Virus record (IMG/VR): IMGVR_UViG_2537561977_000026
Span: 1 to 12,264 of that record
Origin: a virus
Lineage: Duplodnaviria; Heunggongvirae; Uroviricota; Caudoviricetes
Direction: 5' to 3' (one strand)
DNA: 12,264 nucleotides
Numbering within the stretch: the stretch's first letter is position 1; the number at the start of each line of letters is the position of its first letter. A model generated the notes under the pieces. That model had not been told where the DNA came from and made no database searches. It worked only from the letters and a program-made list of their open reading frames with translations. The translations under genes and the position numbers were made by a program. This document shows, in pieces, positions 8,117 to 12,264 of this stretch.

Positions 8117-8333
8117 TGTCTACCTGATTACATAAAAGTTGTTTTAATTCAGTGTATTAATTTAGGTAGACAGCTTTTTTTACTGTCTACAAGCTGTCTA
8201 CCTTGTCTACCTGTTTTTGTAGCCAGTCGGAGGGATGGGTAGACATCAGGTAGACAGAGATTTTTTACTGTCTACCACCATAAAACCCGCGTCATTACTA
8301 GCCTGAGCATCCACCAGGTAGATAAGGTAGACA
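8117..8333. repeat. iteron array, candidate replication origin (P4 ori/crr analogue)
   Basis: Octamer TGTCTACC at 8117-8124, 8195-8202, 8204-8211, 8269-8276. Complement GGTAGACA at 8165-8172, 8238-8245, 8249-8256, 8326-8333. Variants at 8184-8191 and 8317-8324. Two palindromic units GTAGACAG-N9/10-CTGTCTAC (8166-8190, 8250-8275). AT-rich spacers. Directly downstream of the primase gene. Confidence 0.6.
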
Positions 8334-8382
8334 AGGTGGGGGTATCTCCAAAACTTTTTAAACGAGGGGGGTAAAAACAAAA

Positions 8383-8640
8383 ATGCACACATCAGGAAAA
8401 CTTAACAATCAGAAGAAGCAACATAACCGCGCCATTGACCTTACAGAGCACTGGCTGAGGGTGGCGATAAAAATCATCGACCGCAACGCGGGAGAAGGAT
8501 ACGCGAAAGCACATCCTGAACTGATAAGCGCATTCATGACCACGGCGGCAGCAAACTTTGCCACGCTGACAGAGCGGGAGATTGCCGAAGCGGAACAGGT
8601 GACAACCATCAACGTTAAAACCGGAGAGCAGACAGCATGA
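8383..8640 (+). CDS. hypothetical protein (85 aa)
   Basis: SD GAGGGGGG before ATG 8383; its stop overlaps the next start (ATGA at 8637). No family recognised. Confidence 0.5.
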   Translation: MHTSGKLNNQKKQHNRAIDLTEHWLRVAIKIIDRNAGEGYAKAHPELISAFMTTAAANFATLTEREIAEAEQVTTINVKTGEQTA

Positions 8641-9020
8641 CAGCACAGATAGCGGCTTACGGGCGGCTGGTGGCTGACCCGCAGTTAAAGACCACCAGCA
8701 AAGGGACACAAATGGCGATGGCGAGTATGGCGGTTCCCCTGCCGTGCAGCCAGGCAGATGACGGAACGGCGACGATGTGGTTATCCGTCCTGGCGTTTGG
8801 CAGACAGGCCGACGCACTGGCAAAGCACCACAAAGGCGAACTGGTGAGCGTGGCGGGTAACATGCAGGTAAGCCAGTGGACAGACCAGAACGGCGAAACG
8901 CGGCAGGGCTGGCAGGTCATCGCAGACAGCGTAATCAGTGCGCGAACGGCGCGACCGGGCGGCAGCCGACGCAAAACCACAGGCACACAGGGTAATCAGC
9001 CACCAGCGGGAGTACGGTGA
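8637..9020 (+). CDS. SSB-like OB-fold protein lacking the acidic C-terminal tail
   Basis: Collinear with E. coli SSB: IAAYGRLVADPQLK vs ILVGNLGQDPEVRY; TMWLSVLAFGRQADALAKHHKGELVSVAGNMQVSQWTDQNGETR vs [45 protein letters not shown]. Ends ...GNQPPAGVR with no DDDIPF-type tail. Confidence 0.6.
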   Translation: MTAQIAAYGRLVADPQLKTTSKGTQMAMASMAVPLPCSQADDGTATMWLSVLAFGRQADALAKHHKGELVSVAGNMQVSQWTDQNGETRQGWQVIADSVISARTARPGGSRRKTTGTQGNQPPAGVR

Positions 9021-9319
9021 TGATATTCCGTTCTGAGGGGGTGAGGATGGTACATGACCGCATAGCGGAGGAACTCGAAGCGAAAGGCTTTTACCGGAGG
9101 GCGTCGGCGCGATGGGGTGAAGTCATGCAGCTGGTGGAGACAGACAAAGAACGGCATCAGGTTACGATGCGACGGCTGGAATGTTCCAGGAAGGCACAGA
9201 GGCCACCGGAGCCGCCGGATAACTTAGGAGACCTGAAAAAAGCAGTAGATCGCACTTATGCCGAAATGGGTATGGGTGGTGCTGGTGATGAAATATGGCG
9301 CAATTACCAGGACAGCTAA
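9017..9319 (+). CDS. PerC/ANR-like small transcriptional regulator
   Basis: EELEAKGFYRRASARWGEVMQLVETDKERHQVTMRRLEC follows the PerC/ANR pattern (LE..G.WRRA..W......ETDEER......R..C). The start may instead be ATG 9046, which has a GAGGGGGTGAGG SD. Confidence 0.45.
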   Translation: MMIFRSEGVRMVHDRIAEELEAKGFYRRASARWGEVMQLVETDKERHQVTMRRLECSRKAQRPPEPPDNLGDLKKAVDRTYAEMGMGGAGDEIWRNYQDS

Positions 9320-9325
9320 TCACAC

Positions 9326-9348
9326 AGCCGGAGGAATCCGGCTTTTTT
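9326..9348 (+). terminator. rho-independent terminator
   Basis: AGCCGGA-GGAA-TCCGGCT hairpin followed by T6. Confidence 0.6.
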
Positions 9349-9354
9349 ACGCCT

Positions 9355-9396
9355 AAAAAAGCCCGATAAGGCCAGAGGAGTCTTATCGGGCTTTTT
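9355..9396. terminator. rho-independent terminator, probably bidirectional
   Basis: A6, then perfect 10-bp stem GCCCGATAAG (9361-9370) / CTTATCGGGC (9382-9391) with an 11-nt loop, then T5. Confidence 0.6.
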
Positions 9397-9476
9397 CATA
9401 TGAGGCTTTTATCTAACAGCATGGTGACTACTGTTGCCGGAAATCATTTCATAATTTGCAACACAAATCAATATTA

Positions 9477-9504
9477 TTGCACAAAATGCAATCATGATTA
9501 TAAT
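9477..9504 (+). promoter_or_regulatory. near-consensus sigma70 promoter for the head-gene operon
   Basis: -35 TTGCAC (9477-9482), 16-bp spacer, -10 TATAAT (9499-9504), in an AT-rich region with repeated TTGCA/TGCAA motifs. ~55 bp upstream of orf68. Confidence 0.5.
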
Positions 9505-9560
9505 CATAACTGGATGTTCATACAGTTATGATTTTTTAAGTCAAAGAGGAATTTCTGACT

Positions 9561-9767
9561 ATGGCAGAAGAGAAAAAAGGTGGGGTTACAGTCTACATAA
9601 GCCCCGACATTGTGGAGGCACTCAAGGAACGCCACCAGCAGAACGTAAAAGCGAGCATTGCGGCAGGACTTGATCCGCTGGCAATGGTTGAGCCGTCAAC
9701 AGGCTGGCAGGTGCGCGCCTATTTACGTGCGGCGTTGGGCATGAATCAGACTCATGGGGGTGAATAA
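9561..9767 (+). CDS. hypothetical protein (68 aa), first gene of head operon
   Basis: SD AGAGGA before ATG 9561; stop overlaps the capsid gene start (TAATG). Confidence 0.5.
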   Translation: MAEEKKGGVTVYISPDIVEALKERHQQNVKASIAAGLDPLAMVEPSTGWQVRAYLRAALGMNQTHGGE

Positions 9768-10821
9768 TGGCAGGTAAAGCAACGGCTCTTAACACTAACC
9801 AGCTTTTCGCGTACCTGAATCGTGGTGATATTGCTGAATTTAAATTCAGTCCGCTGTTTACCACGCTGTTTTTCCCGAACGTGGCGACATTCAGCACCCA
9901 GAACATCATGCTGGATACCCTGGACATTGAAGAAGTCACCATGTCAGCGTTTTGTTCGCCTATGGTGGGTAGTCAGGTCCAGCGCGATAAAGGGTACGAA
10001 ACCAGCACGATTAAACCTGGCTACATGAAGCCAAAGCACGAAATCGATCCAACAAAAACCATTATGCGCATGGCTGGAGAAGATCCGGCACAGCTTAACG
10101 ACCCTACATACCGCCGTATGCGTCTGATTACTGGCAACATGCGCCGCCAGGTCAACGCCATTAAAGCGCGCGTCGAATGGCTGGCGGTGAATGCGGTCAC
10201 GACCGGAAAAACATCATTGAGGGCGAAGGCATAGAACGCTATGAAATTGACTGGAAGATACCGGAAAGCAATATCATAGTGCAGGTCAAAGGCTGTAAAT
10301 GGTCTGAACAGGACAAAGAAACACACGATCCAATCTATGACATCGAGCTTTATGCGGATCAGGGCAGTTGCCCCGCCAACGTCATGATTATGGGCGCTGA
10401 TGTATGGCGCACGTTACGCAGCTTTAAAAAATTCCGCGAGCTGTACGATCTTTCCCGTGGTTCAGAATCCGCCGCCGAACTGGCGTGTAAAAACCTGGGC
10501 GAAGTGGTGAGCTTTAAAGGCTATCTGGGCGATATTGCCCTTATCGTCTATTCCGGCAAATACGCCGACAGCGACGGCACCGAAAAATATTTCCTTGAGC
10601 CTGATTTGCTTGTCCTGGGCAACACCAACAATAAAGGGCTGGTGGCCTATGGTGCGATTATGGATCAGGACGCAGTAAGAACGGGCGCAACGCAAAACAT
10701 GTTTTACCCGAAAAACTGGATTGAGGACGGCGATCCGGCGATTGAGTACGTGCAGACGCACAGCGCACCGCAGCCGGTTCCGGCAGATATTCGCAAATTT
10801 GTTACCGTCAAAATTGGTTAA
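9767..10821 (+). pseudogene. lambda gpE-type major capsid protein, -1 frameshift in an A5 run
   Basis: ORFs 9767..10234 (frame 2) and 10177..10821 (frame 1) together are collinear with lambda E: FKFSPLF..LFF, IKPGYMKPKHEIDP, DPTYRRMRLITGNMRRQVNAIKARVEWLAVNAVTTGK, then DPIYDIELYA...SRGSESAAELACKNLGEVVSFKGYLGDIALIVYSGKY...LVLGNTNNKGLVAYGAIMDQDA...FYPKNWIEDGDPAIEY. Restoring A6 at 10206-10210 gives one ~352-aa ORF. Confidence 0.85.
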
Positions 10822-10832
10822 CGGGGGATTCT

Positions 10833-11168
10833 ATGGACACTCCATACATTGAGTTATTTGCAGGCAGTCAGCAGGTCGCCACGACGCTGGTACATTTTGC
10901 CGCTGATGCTGGCGTTATTCAGGAATTTACCCCGCTGATGCTGGCGGACAATGGCGAGTTTAAGCCGTGGGATGGTAAGGAATCTGGCAAGGCTGTTTAT
11001 CTGACCTCGTACCCTGTGGACACGTCAGAGCAGAAATCAGCACAGTGTTACAAGACGGGGATATTCAATATTGCTGCCGTTAATTGGCCTGAGAGCGTCG
11101 ACACCGACGCGAAAAAATGCGCCGCCTTTGCGGGTTCTGGCGTATCCGTTCAGCCGCTGGCCCGATAA
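10833..11168 (+). CDS. lambda gpD-like head decoration protein
   Basis: SD GGGGGA. TPLMLADNGEFKPWDG...CYKTGIFNIAAVNWPESVDTDAKKCAAFAGSGVSV matches lambda D (TPLMLDTSSRKLVAWDG...[36 protein letters not shown]). Confidence 0.7.
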   Translation: MDTPYIELFAGSQQVATTLVHFAADAGVIQEFTPLMLADNGEFKPWDGKESGKAVYLTSYPVDTSEQKSAQCYKTGIFNIAAVNWPESVDTDAKKCAAFAGSGVSVQPLAR

Positions 11169-11180
11169 GCAGGGGGAACG

Positions 11181-11552
11181 ATGGCAACGAATGAAAGCAT
11201 CATGACGCTACCGCTGGCGAGTAAATTTAAAGCCGAAGCGCGGGCAATGGCTGACAGAGGGTTATCAACCTACGAGGCCATATATCAACTTAACAAACTG
11301 GAAGAGCAGGACAAGCCGCGCGCTGATGCGATTATGGCGCTTGATGAATCTGGCGACTATCAGCCGCTGTTACGTGCAATGGCAAACGTGCCTTGTATCG
11401 ATGTTGGTACGGCCAAAAGCATTCTTAGCATGACCATAGAGCAGGAACGCCAGAAGGTTGCACCAGAGCTTACCGCAGCCTTTGAAAACTTTATGGACAT
11501 GCACAGCCCGAAAGCCGTATCAGCTGGCATGGCATACGATAGCAGAAACTAG
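11181..11552 (+). CDS. hypothetical protein (123 aa), head-operon associated
   Basis: Strong SD AGGGGGAA; tightly spaced after the D-like gene; followed by a terminator. No family recognised. Confidence 0.55.
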   Translation: MATNESIMTLPLASKFKAEARAMADRGLSTYEAIYQLNKLEEQDKPRADAIMALDESGDYQPLLRAMANVPCIDVGTAKSILSMTIEQERQKVAPELTAAFENFMDMHSPKAVSAGMAYDSRN

Positions 11553-11600
11553 GGCGATGACGGCGACATCGATCGCATACTGAAAACCATCTGAGACAAG

Positions 11601-11622
11601 GCCGGAGAAATCCGGCTTTTTT
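11601..11622 (+). terminator. rho-independent terminator, same module as 9326-9348
   Basis: GCCGGA-GAAA-TCCGGC followed by T6; 24/25 identical to the terminator at 9326-9350. Confidence 0.6.
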
Positions 11623-11704
11623 ACGGGGCCTTTCCGGCATATGGACCCGTTACGGGGCGGGAGCGGCGCAGAATTTCACTATTTATGAAAATTTTTCGGA
11701 AACC

Positions 11705-11802
11705 ATGTCCGGTTTTTCTTGGAGTTAACTCTTTGAAAAATATAAAAATTCACTTTCTGTGAACCGGACGTGCGCAAAAATTGAACACTCAAACCGGACA
11801 TA
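11705..11802. promoter_or_regulatory. candidate regulated promoter with three ACCGGAC boxes
   Basis: -35 TTGGAG (11719-11724), 16-bp spacer, -10 TATAAA (11741-11746). Box AAACCGGACATG in reverse at 11705-11716 and forward at 11761-11772 (GAACCGGACGTG) and 11791-11802 (AAACCGGACATA). Confidence 0.35.
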
Positions 11803-11964
11803 TATGCCGCGTTTCATAAAGTTGTTCGCAAGATGCATGTTTAAAACGCATGAGGGGAGATTTTTTGGCGAGGTGAACAGTGGCTACTCAGACTGAAGTT
11901 GCCAGGCATTTGAGTCTGACCGATCGCCAGCTTCGCAGATTACAGAAATTGTTCCCCCATCACT

Positions 11965-12264
11965 ATGGAGACCATAACCATGACCGACGCCGAACTACTG
12001 AAAGTAATCCGCCGTATTACCGGAATCAGTCAGGCAACAGGCAAACAGGTGGCCACGCAGCCGGACAGCGTGACAGCCGAAAACTATGCGCGTGTTGTTG
12101 CTGAGGTTATGCGCCGTGACGGTATTGAGCTTAACGGCGTGGATATGCGCAACATACGAACCAGAGTCCTTGAGTTGCTGGCATACCGTCGCCGTTCTCA
12201 ACAACGGAGGGAGAGCATGAAAAATACTTACCAGTGGAAGAAGCCGGAACGGTTGCGGCGGTAG
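11965..12264 (+). CDS. hypothetical protein (99 aa; alternative start ATG 11980)
   Basis: ORF reaching the window end with a stop at 12262-12264. ATG 11980 has GGAGA 8 nt upstream. Function unknown; could begin a packaging module continuing beyond the window. Confidence 0.45.
   Translation: METITMTDAELLKVIRRITGISQATGKQVATQPDSVTAENYARVVAEVMRRDGIELNGVDMRNIRTRVLELLAYRRRSQQRRESMKNTYQWKKPERLRR

Noticed and set aside
8117-8333. Possible CRISPR array
   Set aside because: The repeat unit is only 8 bp, occurs in both orientations with irregular spacing and no spacer-like unique segments; fits iterons, not CRISPR.
8392-8986. Minus-strand ORFs of 143, 67 and 109 aa
   Set aside because: Antisense to the plus-strand orf85/SSB-like genes, which have ribosome-binding sites and coupling; no independent support.
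10462-10761. 99-aa minus-strand ORF
   Set aside because: Antisense to the major capsid gene, which has strong homology support.
11880-12104. 74-aa ORF from GTG 11880 with an HTH-like N-terminus, possibly fused to ORF 11965 by a C5-run frameshift
   Set aside because: No homologue I can align to confirm the join, and the C-terminal part of the ORF is low-complexity; ORF 11965/11980 can stand alone with its own SD. Kept only as a speculative note.
1-12264. tRNA or attachment site at the integrase end
   Set aside because: The window begins at the int start codon, so the expected tRNA/attL would lie upstream and outside; no tRNA-like cloverleaf was seen inside.

Overview
This window reads as the left ~12 kb of a P4-family-like integrative element (phage satellite or cryptic prophage) from an enterobacterium. 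It begins exactly at the integrase start codon, so the attachment site and any tRNA lie outside it. Gene order, almost all on the + strand: int, small orf, alpA, a divergent minus-strand ribbon-helix-helix regulator, an Icd-like gene, two small orfs, a P4-type primase/helicase, an iteron-rich origin-like region, an orf85/SSB-like/PerC-ANR-like operon, and a compact lambda-type head module (orf68, major capsid E, decoration protein D, orf123) with its own near-consensus sigma70 promoter and terminators. The element looks decayed: the primase is split into three pieces by two unrelated IS elements (an IS10-like IS4-family element with a target duplication, and an IS110-family element whose 3' non-coding region looks like a bridge/seek RNA). 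int (twice), alpA and capsid E carry frameshifts that all sit at homopolymer runs, so they may be real decay or sequencing error. The most unusual content is the lambda E/D capsid pair inside a P4-like int/alpA/primase backbone (a possible capsid-forming satellite) and the candidate bridge RNA. No CRISPR array, tRNA or rRNA was seen. All calls rest on reading the sequence and recalled protein-family patterns; no database search was run.
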